Below, piece after piece: positions 56,164 through 64,000 of a stretch of DNA of 64,000 bases (positions are counted from its first letter, which is position 1; each line of letters starts with the position of its first letter). Source of the stretch: Acidimicrobium ferrooxidans (lineage in GTDB: Bacteria; Actinomycetota; Geothermincolia; Fen-727; Anoxymicrobiaceae); contig DYIU01000001.1 of the NCBI GenBank assembly GCA_020723485.1, positions 757,850 to 821,849 of the forward strand. Direction: 5' to 3'. The notes beneath the pieces are model-generated. The model was not told the origin of the DNA, did no database searches, and saw nothing but the letters and a program-made list of their open reading frames with translations. The position numbers were made by a program, and so were the translations under genes.

Positions 56164-58032
56164 ATGAGAGGCGACTCGATCACGGGCTGCGAGCTCATCT
56201 CGCGGTGCCTCGAGGCGGAGGGCATCCGCTACGTCTTCACGGCACATACCGAGCGCCTGCACCCCCTGCTCGACGCTCTCGAGCAAAAGGGAGACATCAG
56301 GGTGGTGGCGGCCAGAAGCGAGACCGCGGCCACGGTGATGGCCGACGGGTACGTCCGGCGCTCGAGGCGCGTCGCGGCGGTCCTGACCGACGACAACGGC
56401 GCCGCGTTGTCGCAGGTGAGCGGGGTGACCAACGCGTGGGCGGACAAGATCCCCCTGCTGTCGCTGTCACTCAGCGCGGACAGTGAGCCAGACTTCAGCA
56501 AAGGGTATGACCGTTACCGCTTCGACCAGGGTGAGGTCTTCCAGCCGGTCACCCAGTACAGGAGTAAGCTCGAGTCGCTTTCCGAGGCGCAGTCGGTCTT
56601 TGCCGAGGCCGTTGCGCGTTCCACCAGCAACAAGATGGGGCCGTGCCACGTAGACATCCCGGCGCGCCTGCTTGGCGAGACTATCGACGGCAGGTCGGCG
56701 CCTGACCCGGGCGGTTTCGAGGAGCGGAGGATAGAGTCCGTCAGGATGTGCGGTGACGGGGACGCCGTGGAGCGCGCCGCGGCCCTGATCGCCGGTGCCG
56801 AAAGGCCCCTGCTGTTCCTCGGCGGCGGTGTCCATGCCTCGGGCGCCCATGCCGAGGCCGCCGGGCTTGCCAGGGGGCTTGGCATTCCCGTGGCGACCTC
56901 GATGGCCGGCGTCGGGGCGTTCCCGCTGGACGACCCGCTCTGCCTGGGGGGCCCGAGCTATACCTCGGGTGAGGTCTTCCATGCGGCGATCAAGGAAGCG
57001 GACACGGTCGTAGCCGTGGGTGTCAGTTTCGGCGGCCTCGAGGGCTTCGGACTTCCACCGCTGTGGTCGGACGCGATACGGTTCATACACATCGACGTCG
57101 CCCCCCTGCAGATGGGCTTGAACGTACACCCGGAGGTAGCGGTGCTGGGTGACGCGCGGACCGTCCTGACCCAGCTGGCGGAAACGCTCGCGGGTCGTGG
57201 CTTCACGGGCCGGCCGGAGTGGGGCCGCTGGAGCGCCAGACTGGCGGAGCTCAAATCCGGGCGGGCCAGGCGGCTGGAGCGCAACGCCATGAGGCGTTGG
57301 CCCTCCATGCACCAGGGAAGGGCAGCGATGGAGCTCGGCAGGCTCGTGGACCGGGACGACCTGCTGATAGTCATCGACGGCGGCAACACTCCGCTCTACG
57401 CCACCATGTACGCCCCCACCATAAAGCCCGGACAGGCGTTCTTCCCGTTCGGGATGGCCGCCCTCGGCGGGGGAATCCCATACGCGATAGGGGTGCAGCT
57501 CGCGTCGCCCGACAGGCGGGTGCTGCTGGTCACCGGTGACGGTTCTTTCATGTACAACGTCCAGGAGCTGGAGACGATCAAGAGGCTCGGGCTCCCGATA
57601 ATGATCGCCGTGAACAACGACTCCGCCTGGAACATGATAAAGGCCATGCAGGACTCCCTGTTCGCGCGCAACTTCGTGGGCACGTGCCTGCCGGATGTCG
57701 ATTACTCGAAGATAGCCTCCGGGTTCGGCCTCCACGCTGAGAGGGTCTCGCGGCCCGAGGAGATAGCCCCTGCTTACGAGCGGGCGGTGGCTTCGGGCGG
57801 CCCGGCGCTCATCGACGCGGTCACTGACTCCACGAACATCCCGGACAGCCTGCTCAGCTTCTTCCTTGTCGAGTTCGAGGGAGCGTTCGCGGGCATCAGC
57901 CCCACCAAGCTCGCCAGGAGCCTCTGGATGATGAGAGACGTGGGAATCCACAGGATGATGTACATGTCGACTTACATCAGGAAAGCGCTCTTGAAGGTGT
58001 TCATCCCTTCGGGGTGGGGGAGGTCGTCATGA
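56164..58032 (+). CDS. Thiamine-pyrophosphate-dependent enzyme (acetolactate-synthase/2-hydroxyacyl-CoA-lyase superfamily)
   Basis: TPP N-terminal domain with catalytic Glu context (ARSETAATVMADGY); central domain; intact TPP-binding motif GDGSFMYN...NNDSAWN. Confidence 0.8.
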   Translation: MRGDSITGCELISRCLEAEGIRYVFTAHTERLHPLLDALEQKGDIRVVAARSETAATVMADGYVRRSRRVAAVLTDDNGAALSQVSGVTNAWADKIPLLSLSLSADSEPDFSKGYDRYRFDQGEVFQPVTQYRSKLESLSEAQSVFAEAVARSTSNKMGPCHVDIPARLLGETIDGRSAPDPGGFEERRIESVRMCGDGDAVERAAALIAGAERPLLFLGGGVHASGAHAEAAGLARGLGIPVATSMAGVGAFPLDDPLCLGGPSYTSGEVFHAAIKEADTVVAVGVSFGGLEGFGLPPLWSDAIRFIHIDVAPLQMGLNVHPEVAVLGDARTVLTQLAETLAGRGFTGRPEWGRWSARLAELKSGRARRLERNAMRRWPSMHQGRAAMELGRLVDRDDLLIVIDGGNTPLYATMYAPTIKPGQAFFPFGMAALGGGIPYAIGVQLASPDRRVLLVTGDGSFMYNVQELETIKRLGLPIMIAVNNDSAWNMIKAMQDSLFARNFVGTCLPDVDYSKIASGFGLHAERVSRPEEIAPAYERAVASGGPALIDAVTDSTNIPDSLLSFFLVEFEGAFAGISPTKLARSLWMMRDVGIHRMMYMSTYIRKALLKVFIPSGWGRSS

Positions 58033-59570
58033 GGTACCCGAGCGGAGGCGAACTGCTGGTCGAGTGCCTGGTCCGGCAGGGGGTATCCCATGTCTTCTCC
58101 ATCATCGGGGGCCAGATGGGCACCATCTACGACGCTATCGGCAGGTCGGGGGACATAGACGTTGTGACGCCCCGGAGCGAGACGGCGGCCGCGCTCATGG
58201 CGTGCGGCTACACCGCCGCGAGCGGCCGCCCGTGCGTGTCGATGGCGACGGTCGGCGCCGGGGTGGTCTACGAGGTCGCGGGCCTCTCCAAGGCGTGGTT
58301 CGATTACCTGCCGGTGATATCGATCGCGCCGCAGGTCCAGAGCTACCGGGTCAAGCCTCACCAGGAGAGCCTGCAGGCGTGCGAGCAGGACGAGCTCTTC
58401 TACCCGATAACGAAATGGAACTCCATTGTCTTCCACTGGGCGAGGATACCCCAGATGGTGGACAGGGCATTCAGGGAGGCGCTCACTGGAGTGCCCGGGC
58501 CGGTTCACCTCGACATCCCGGTGGACGTCCTGTTCAAGCGAAGCCCGCTCACGGCCGCGCGGGAGCAGAGGTTGATGGTGGAACCGGGCCGGTCGCGCTA
58601 CGAGGGCTCCATCATGGGAGAAGCCGACGCGGCCGGGAGGGTTTTCCGGGCACTGAGCGCGGCGAGAAGGCCGCTTGCCGTCATCGGACAGGGATTCGGC
58701 CGGCCCGGCAGGTTCCCTGCGGCCGCCGCGTCATTGGAGGAGATGGGCGTTCCTGTCGTCACTACCGTGCACAGTGCCGGGGTGATGCCGGATGGGAGCG
58801 CCTGTTACGCGGGCGACCTCGAGTCCTGCGAGGGGCTCGAAGTGGTCGGACAGACCGATCTCGTCCTGCTGGTGGGCATAGACCACGGCTCCCGGGGGTT
58901 CATTGAGCGAATAGGCGCCGCGGTTCCCGTCGTGCAGGTCGAGACGGACCCCACGGCGTTTCTTTCCGGGCGTGATGTGCGCGTCGCCGTCTACGCGGAC
59001 CCCGAGAACGCGCTCGCCGGGATGAAGGAGGCCACGGTGAAGGCCGACGTCAGCTCCTGGCGCGAAGAGTTCGTTGCGGCCGCAAGGGACGCAGCCGACT
59101 CGGCTGCGGCGGAACACCAGGTCGTGGGCACGATTGTCGACATGCTCCGTGAGGCCGGCACCGGGAGGAACGTCATAGTCGCCGATGGAGAGGTCCCTGC
59201 GCTTGCGGCACGGCGGGTACTTACGCGGGTAGAGCACAAGGCCGTCTTCATCATGGACGAGCGTGAGATCCGCGGAGCCGGCCTCCCGTTCGCAATCGGC
59301 GCGCACCTGTCCGAACCGGGCGACAATGTCATCCTCGTGTGCGACAAGAACTCGCTCTTCTACCACGTAAGGGAGCTTCAGCCGGCGGTCTGTGGCGGAA
59401 TGGACATAACTGTGATCTGCGTCGATGACGTCGATGCGGAGACCAACGTCGCGGACACGGGCAGCGTCCTCTCCGGGCTCGGATGCGACGTCAGAAGATG
59501 CGCTGGGGGCCGGAGGGGGGACCTCGCTTCCTGCCTGGCCGGCGTACCCTCCGCGGTCATCCTCCAGTGA
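58029..59570 (+). CDS. TPP-enzyme homologue with degenerate TPP-binding motif
   Basis: ATG at 58029 with GGGGGAGG RBS, overlapping the upstream stop; TPP N-terminal-like domain present (PRSETAAALMACGY) but the position of the GDG...NN motif reads CDKNSLFYHV...VCVDDVD. Confidence 0.7.
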   Translation: MRYPSGGELLVECLVRQGVSHVFSIIGGQMGTIYDAIGRSGDIDVVTPRSETAAALMACGYTAASGRPCVSMATVGAGVVYEVAGLSKAWFDYLPVISIAPQVQSYRVKPHQESLQACEQDELFYPITKWNSIVFHWARIPQMVDRAFREALTGVPGPVHLDIPVDVLFKRSPLTAAREQRLMVEPGRSRYEGSIMGEADAAGRVFRALSAARRPLAVIGQGFGRPGRFPAAAASLEEMGVPVVTTVHSAGVMPDGSACYAGDLESCEGLEVVGQTDLVLLVGIDHGSRGFIERIGAAVPVVQVETDPTAFLSGRDVRVAVYADPENALAGMKEATVKADVSSWREEFVAAARDAADSAAAEHQVVGTIVDMLREAGTGRNVIVADGEVPALAARRVLTRVEHKAVFIMDEREIRGAGLPFAIGAHLSEPGDNVILVCDKNSLFYHVRELQPAVCGGMDITVICVDDVDAETNVADTGSVLSGLGCDVRRCAGGRRGDLASCLAGVPSAVILQ

Positions 59571-59584
59571 CGTGATGCAACACT

Positions 59585-59606
59585 GGGGTCAGGTCATTTT
59601 GTTGCG
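59585..59606. repeat. Solo 22-bp arm of the GGGGTCAGGTCA element family
   Basis: GGGGTCAGGTCATTTTGTTGCG, 15 bp after the stop of the second TPP-enzyme gene. Confidence 0.7.
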
Positions 59607-59686
59607 TTTTCAACTGGCAGGGGGGTGGAAGCGGGCCTTCGTAGGGCGTAATCTGTATCCCACAGCAGCAGATCGAGGAGGTCTTC

Positions 59687-60238
59687 ATGGGGGACGAGAT
59701 GAACGGGACTGCCGGCGAAGCCGGAGCGTCCGGGTGGAGTGACCCCAAGGTCGCTGGCTATCTGATGACGCTGACATATGCGTGCGGCGCCGCCGGAGTG
59801 GCACTCGGTGTCTACGGGTATGGGACGGACGGAGCCGTGAAAGGGCTGCACTACGCCTGCATCCTGATGGTCGGCGTCGTCGGGATCATCTCCGGGATAC
59901 GGCACACCGTCTTCTATCGAAGCGACCTTGCGCGGATGGGCATAAGCGAGGGGAAACCGTTCTTCCAGTGGGAGACCGGCTTCGCCAACCTTGCGCTGGG
60001 CGTCATCGCGGTCATCGCCTTCTTCGCCGGCTGGGGCGGCGGCGCCGAGGTGGCCCTCATACTGGCATATGCGCTCTACCTCGCCCTCGCCCTCTCGCTC
60101 GTGATCTACAGGCGCGTCAGCTCGAAGAGCCTGGACGCGGGCGTGATATTCGCTATGGTCATGTGGGCGGTAACGGTGGGCTTCATGCTCTTCTTCGGTA
60201 TCGCGGCGGCCGTTTCTTCCGAGCTGTCGCTGTTCTGA
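59687..60238 (+). CDS. Hypothetical membrane protein (183 aa)
   Basis: GAGGAGG RBS; four to five predicted TM helices; no family recognised. Confidence 0.6.
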   Translation: MGDEMNGTAGEAGASGWSDPKVAGYLMTLTYACGAAGVALGVYGYGTDGAVKGLHYACILMVGVVGIISGIRHTVFYRSDLARMGISEGKPFFQWETGFANLALGVIAVIAFFAGWGGGAEVALILAYALYLALALSLVIYRRVSSKSLDAGVIFAMVMWAVTVGFMLFFGIAAAVSSELSLF

Positions 60239-60247
60239 CGCAAACAA

Positions 60248-60326
60248 GGGGTCAGGTCACTTTGTTGCATTTTCACGTGTTCGATCCAGTGAAGTGCAGT
60301 AAAACGCAACAAAGTGACCTGACCCC
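60248..60326. repeat. Full palindromic element of the GGGGTCAGGTCA family (22-bp arms, 35-nt loop) between convergent genes
   Basis: Arms GGGGTCAGGTCACTTTGTTGCA (60248-60269) and CGCAACAAAGTGACCTGACCCC (60305-60326); starts 10 bp after the membrane-protein stop and ends 10 bp before the stop of the minus-strand aldo/keto reductase gene. Confidence 0.8.
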
Positions 60327-60335
60327 GATGTTGCG

Positions 60336-61337
60336 CTACTTGCCGATGGGGAGGTAGTGGCGGAACCTGCGCGAGAGCTGGTCGATGCGGTCCATCTCCC
60401 TGTCCGAGAGCTTGAGCTGCATCGAGGCCACGTTCTGCTCGGCCTGGCTGACCTTGGTCGCGCCCGGGATGGCGACGACGGTATCCCCGTAGTAGTTGGT
60501 GAGCCAGCTCAGGGCGACCACAGCCGCGCTCACCCCGTTCGCGTCCGCGATCTCCTCGAGGCCCTCTACGAGCTTCCGGCTGCGCTCCAGCTGGATGCGC
60601 ATCACCTGCCGGCGCCCGAACGGCCTCGTCTTAAGCAGGGACGGGTCCTTGTGGAACTTGCCCGTCAGTATGCCCATCTCAAGGGGCGACCAGGCGATGA
60701 GGGTGATTCCCAGCTCCTTCGCGGCCTTGAGCGTCCCCAGCGTCTCGATGCGCCGGTTGAGGAGGCTTATCTTCACCTGGTTTGACGCGAGCGGAACCCC
60801 GCGCATGGCGAGCGCCGCGTGCGCTTTTCTCATCATGAACCAGGGGAAGTTGCTGACCCCGGGGGCGCGTATCTTGCCCGTTTCCACCAGGTCCGCCATC
60901 GCGTCCATCTGGGCCCGGACAGAGGAGAGCGCGATGGGCTGGTGTATCTGGAACAGGCCGACCGGGTAAGGGGCAAGGCACTCTATGCGCGTGTCGATAT
61001 TCACCCGCAGCGAGTCGGCCGTCCTCATGAACGGGAACCACTTGGTGGCGACCAAGACGTCCGTTTCTGCATATTCCGCGGCCTCCAGCGCGCAGGCGAG
61101 CCTGCGCTCGGAGCGCCCCATGCCGTATGCCTCGGCGGTATCGAACCAGTTCACGCCCCCCGCCTTCGCCGTCTTGACGATTTGGATGGTCTCGTCGTCG
61201 CAGACCTCCTGCCAGACGAGGCCGTCGAAACCCTGCCCCCCGGCGAACTGCCAGGTCCCGAGGCCGATGGGGGATATCTCGATCCCGGTGCGGCCGAGCT
61301 GCCGCCTCGGGGCTCCGTCAGTAGCTACAGCGCTCAT
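60336..61337 (-). CDS. Aldo/keto reductase
   Basis: ATG at 61337; AKR N-terminus (LGRTGIEISPIGLGTWQFAGG...VNWFDTAEAYG) and C-terminal region (QLSRRFRHYLP). Confidence 0.85.
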   Translation of the reverse strand: MSAVATDGAPRRQLGRTGIEISPIGLGTWQFAGGQGFDGLVWQEVCDDETIQIVKTAKAGGVNWFDTAEAYGMGRSERRLACALEAAEYAETDVLVATKWFPFMRTADSLRVNIDTRIECLAPYPVGLFQIHQPIALSSVRAQMDAMADLVETGKIRAPGVSNFPWFMMRKAHAALAMRGVPLASNQVKISLLNRRIETLGTLKAAKELGITLIAWSPLEMGILTGKFHKDPSLLKTRPFGRRQVMRIQLERSRKLVEGLEEIADANGVSAAVVALSWLTNYYGDTVVAIPGATKVSQAEQNVASMQLKLSDREMDRIDQLSRRFRHYLPIGK

Positions 61338-61413
61338 CTAGAACCACCCTTCTTTCGTGCGGGTATTGCCGGACGGATGCAGTTGGGCAGGGGCCCGGTG
61401 CTCCCGCAAGCGG

Positions 61414-61866
61414 TCACCTGATAATGGCGATCACTATGAACCCGATGAGCGGGTTCAACGCTATGCTCGCGGCGCCGAGAGCGATGCCCCAACCCGCCAG
61501 CCTGCTCTCCCCTTCGACGTTGACGAAAGAGCCGATGCGTTCCCTTCGCGGCTCCGGCAGCCCGTTGATGAACCGCCTGGTCCGCACGCCTGTCTGCATC
61601 GCCATGACCGCCAGGAATAGTGCGGCTATCCCCCCGATGGGCAGGAACATGAACCTGCCGCTGTGCAGGGGGTCCGAGGGATTCAGGAGCAGGGGCACCA
61701 TGAATCCCACGAGGTACCCGCCCACCGCGACCGCGAGTGCCGCCAGGCCCCGGTTGAAGCTCGCCCTGCCCGGCCTCCGCGGACCAGGCCTCTCGGAAGT
61801 GCCGCCCTTCTCGTTCAAATCCGCTCCAGGATACTCTCGTGCCACCGATACGTCTCCAGGGGCCAA
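61414..61866 (-). CDS. Hypothetical membrane protein
   Basis: Three predicted TM helices; true start uncertain; no family recognised. Confidence 0.4.
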   Translation of the reverse strand: MAPGDVSVAREYPGADLNEKGGTSERPGPRRPGRASFNRGLAALAVAVGGYLVGFMVPLLLNPSDPLHSGRFMFLPIGGIAALFLAVMAMQTGVRTRRFINGLPEPRRERIGSFVNVEGESRLAGWGIALGAASIALNPLIGFIVIAIIR

Positions 61867-61961
61867 TATCGTAGCACTGTTGATGTCCCCCTGCGCAGAA
61901 AAGGCGAAGGCCGCGCCCCGGCGCTCGTGGCGCGGCCTTCACTGACGCGTTGTCGGAACGC

Positions 61962-63359
61962 CTAGTCGTCCCAGGCGCCGATGGTCTCCTCCCCCGAGGT
62001 GCGGGCGGAAAGAGACCCCGCCTCGGTCCATATGTAAGTGGCGCGCTCGCAGATTATGTTCTGTCCGGGGGTGAGGCTCCTCACCCTGATCGCATACCTG
62101 CCCGGCGTGGTCATGGTGTCCGCCAGGTTGTAGGTGGCTCGCGTGTTGGCAAGGACAGTCCTGTTGATGGTCGCGTCCGGAAGCACGCCCTCACCGTAGT
62201 ACTTCATCTCGATGTTGACGTCCACCGGATTTGGATTCTGCACGCAGGTCCAGGTCTCGTACAGCAGTCCGCAGTTGCCTCCGGGGAGGTACCAGTAGGC
62301 GTGAGACCCGTCAACCCCTATGGAGTCGTGGCCCACCTCGCGCCAGATGCTTCCGGAGCCCCAGTACATCGGTCGCTCGGCGAGGAGCGGGAGGGTGCCC
62401 GACACCTTGATGGACAGGTCGGTGTTGGGCGCCTGCTCGTTGACCTTGATGGTCTCGCGTGTCTGGGGGGCCATCGGGAATGGAGCCATTACGATCTGGC
62501 CGCTCGGCTTCATGTAGGTGATGGTCACCTGGTTCACAGCCGCGTTGGGATTCTGGATGCACAGGAATGTCGTGAACCCCCAGGCCGTCGTTCCCTCGGC
62601 GAGGAAGAAGTCGTTGGCCGGGGTAGTGGCGCCGACCGACTCGTGACCCATCCTGCGGGAGTCCCTGTACATGGACCTTTCGCAGATTATCGGCTGGTTT
62701 CCCAGCACCTGGATGGAGGCGTCCGCCGAGCCTATGTCGTTCGTCATGTTGTAGGACGCGCGAGAATTAGAGGGGACCGTCTTGTTGACGGCGAACGGCC
62801 CGAAACCCTCGATCATGTAAGTGATGATGATGTCTGTAGCTGCCACGTTCGGGTTCTGCACCGTTAGCCAGGTCTCGAAGCCCCATGCGCTGGAGCCCTC
62901 CGGGAGATACCAGATGTTGTTCGGGGCGGTGACGCCTACAGATGAGTGGGTCTCCAGGTTCTGCTCCACTTCGGAGCCCGGCCCACCCATCCAGAACATA
63001 GTCCGATCGACGGCAATAGTCCTGGTCGGGTCGAGGCACTCCACCAGGGTGCTGAAATCCCGCTGGCCAACTGCAGTCAGGGGATTTACGGTCACTCGGC
63101 TCTCGGAAGGCATCGTGAACGGGGGCTGGACGAGCGGGCCCAGGTCCGCGGTCATGTAGGTTATGCGGATCTGGACGTCAACGGTGTTCGGGTTCTCTAT
63201 GTTGATGTAGGTGCCGAAGCCCCAGGCGGTAGTGCCTTCTGCGAGGTACCAGGTCGGGAGCGGGCCCGCCACGGCCGCCCCTCCGCCGAGGAGCATTAGC
63301 GATGCCGCGCCGGCGCACATCATAAGGGCTACCAGAATCGAGATCATCTTCCGTGCCAT
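61962..63359 (-). CDS. Secreted repeat protein (~465 aa) made of signal peptide plus 4 type-B repeat modules
   Basis: ATG at 63359 (MARKMISILVALMMCAGAASLMLLGGGAAVAG); the upstream part of the ORF (to 63470) is translated palindromic element; four ~110-aa modules beginning WYL[AP]EG[TS].AWGF.T[YW][IL]...NPN. Confidence 0.75.
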   Translation of the reverse strand: MARKMISILVALMMCAGAASLMLLGGGAAVAGPLPTWYLAEGTTAWGFGTYINIENPNTVDVQIRITYMTADLGPLVQPPFTMPSESRVTVNPLTAVGQRDFSTLVECLDPTRTIAVDRTMFWMGGPGSEVEQNLETHSSVGVTAPNNIWYLPEGSSAWGFETWLTVQNPNVAATDIIITYMIEGFGPFAVNKTVPSNSRASYNMTNDIGSADASIQVLGNQPIICERSMYRDSRRMGHESVGATTPANDFFLAEGTTAWGFTTFLCIQNPNAAVNQVTITYMKPSGQIVMAPFPMAPQTRETIKVNEQAPNTDLSIKVSGTLPLLAERPMYWGSGSIWREVGHDSIGVDGSHAYWYLPGGNCGLLYETWTCVQNPNPVDVNIEMKYYGEGVLPDATINRTVLANTRATYNLADTMTTPGRYAIRVRSLTPGQNIICERATYIWTEAGSLSARTSGEETIGAWDD

Positions 63360-63440
63360 CACACCCACCTCCGTAAGGTTGCCTGCTTCAAGAGTACTCC
63401 TGCGGGCAATGACGGTCGAGAGCGCAGTTCCCTTACATGC

Positions 63441-63529
63441 GCACAATGGGGTCAGGTCATTTTGTTGCATTCAAGGAGTCTGGGATGAGTATGGTCAAAA
63501 TGCAACAAAATGACCTGACCCCATTGTGC
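63441..63529. repeat. Full palindromic element of the GGGGTCAGGTCA family with extended arms (~28 bp, 31-nt loop)
   Basis: Core arms GGGGTCAGGTCATTTTGTTGCA (63448-63469) and TGCAACAAAATGACCTGACCCC (63501-63522); the palindrome extends outward to GCACAATGGGG...CCCCATTGTGC; lies between two minus-strand genes. Confidence 0.8.
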
Positions 63530-63533
63530 ACCG

Positions 63534-63995
63534 CTACTCTTCGTCCCACCAGAACGGCGGCTTGGAGCAGTCGAAATAGGGCTCGCCGCTGCGCTTGATG
63601 ATGTAGACCGGCATACCTACGAAGCACTGCTCGAACAGCGCCTCGACGTCAGCCATGCGCATGCGGATGCAGCCGTGGGAGACGGAGTAACCGATGGAGC
63701 CCGTGTCGCTGGTCCCGTGGATGAGCACGCCGCCCCCGTTGATGTGCATCGCCCTCGTGCCGAGAGGGTTGTTGGGGCCGGGAGGTATCATGTCCGGCAT
63801 GTTCTCCATCCAGGTCGACCCGCGGTTGTACCAGGTGGGGTTCTTCTCCATCCTGACTATCTTCCACTGGCCGATGACCGTGGGGTACTTGGCCGAGCCG
63901 ACTGCGACCGGGTACTTTGCCAGGAGCTTGTCGCGGTCGTAGAGCGAGATGGTATGCGCCTCCTGGTTCACCAGAAGCAGCTTGCCGACGGTCAC
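63534..63995 (-). CDS. L,D-transpeptidase (YkuD domain), probably truncated at the window edge
   Basis: Catalytic motif HGTSDTGSIGYSVSHGCIRM; no signal peptide within the window, so the N-terminus likely lies beyond position 64000. Confidence 0.7.
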   Translation of the reverse strand: MTVGKLLLVNQEAHTISLYDRDKLLAKYPVAVGSAKYPTVIGQWKIVRMEKNPTWYNRGSTWMENMPDMIPPGPNNPLGTRAMHINGGGVLIHGTSDTGSIGYSVSHGCIRMRMADVEALFEQCFVGMPVYIIKRSGEPYFDCSKPPFWWDEE

Positions 63996-64000
63996 CTCTT

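Noticed and set aside
59557-60357. Short ORFs whose translations contain Q-Q-[NS]-D-L-T-P (59557-59748, 59782-60357, 60106-60312, and the first 37 codons of 61962-63470)
   Set aside because: The shared peptide is simply the translation of the conserved palindromic element arm in one frame; the ORFs have no ribosome-binding sites and no other protein-like features.
44987-63529. Possibility that the GGGGTCAGGTCA repeats form a CRISPR array
   Set aside because: Copies are inverted pairs or solo arms scattered over 18 kb between genes, not regularly spaced direct repeats separated by unique spacers, and no cas genes are present.

Overview
High-GC (roughly 65-70% by eye) bacterial chromosomal segment, most plausibly from an anaerobic Gram-positive, actinobacterium-like lineage: it carries an LCP-family protein, an L,D-transpeptidase, a tungsten-type aldehyde:ferredoxin oxidoreductase, frequent GTG/TTG starts and many overlapping stop/start junctions. 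I call about 52 protein-coding genes and find no rRNA, tRNA, CRISPR array, transposase or integrase. Gene order: LCP protein; Hsp20-Lon heat-shock pair; ABC-2 exporter; a giant secreted repeat protein; polar amino-acid ABC importer; EamA transporter; VapBC toxin-antitoxin; cyclase; AddB/AddA-like nuclease-helicase pair; a minus-strand hydrolase/oxidoreductase operon; an ~18 kb CoA-dependent lipid catabolic island (SCP2 proteins, Fe-ADH, AOR, acyl-CoA synthetase, SCPx-type thiolase, two acyl-CoA dehydrogenases, SDRs, enoyl-CoA hydratase, ferredoxin, nitroreductase) followed by two tandem TPP-enzyme homologues; two more secreted repeat proteins; a partial L,D-transpeptidase at the window edge. 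The three things I consider most worth following up are: (1) three paralogous secreted proteins built from two related ~105-aa repeat modules that I cannot assign to a named domain family, one of them a ~1985-aa protein that also carries nine near-identical tandem IPT/TIG domains; (2) a dispersed family of intergenic palindromic elements with 22-bp GGGGTCAGGTCAYTTTGTTGCA arms, present as three full hairpin copies, two solo arms and diverged relatives, concentrated in the catabolic island; (3) the catabolic island itself, whose gene content resembles branched-chain lipid alpha/beta-oxidation. All calls rest on reading the supplied six-frame translations and the DNA by eye; no database search or computation was run, so family names are recognition-based and coordinates of starts are best estimates.
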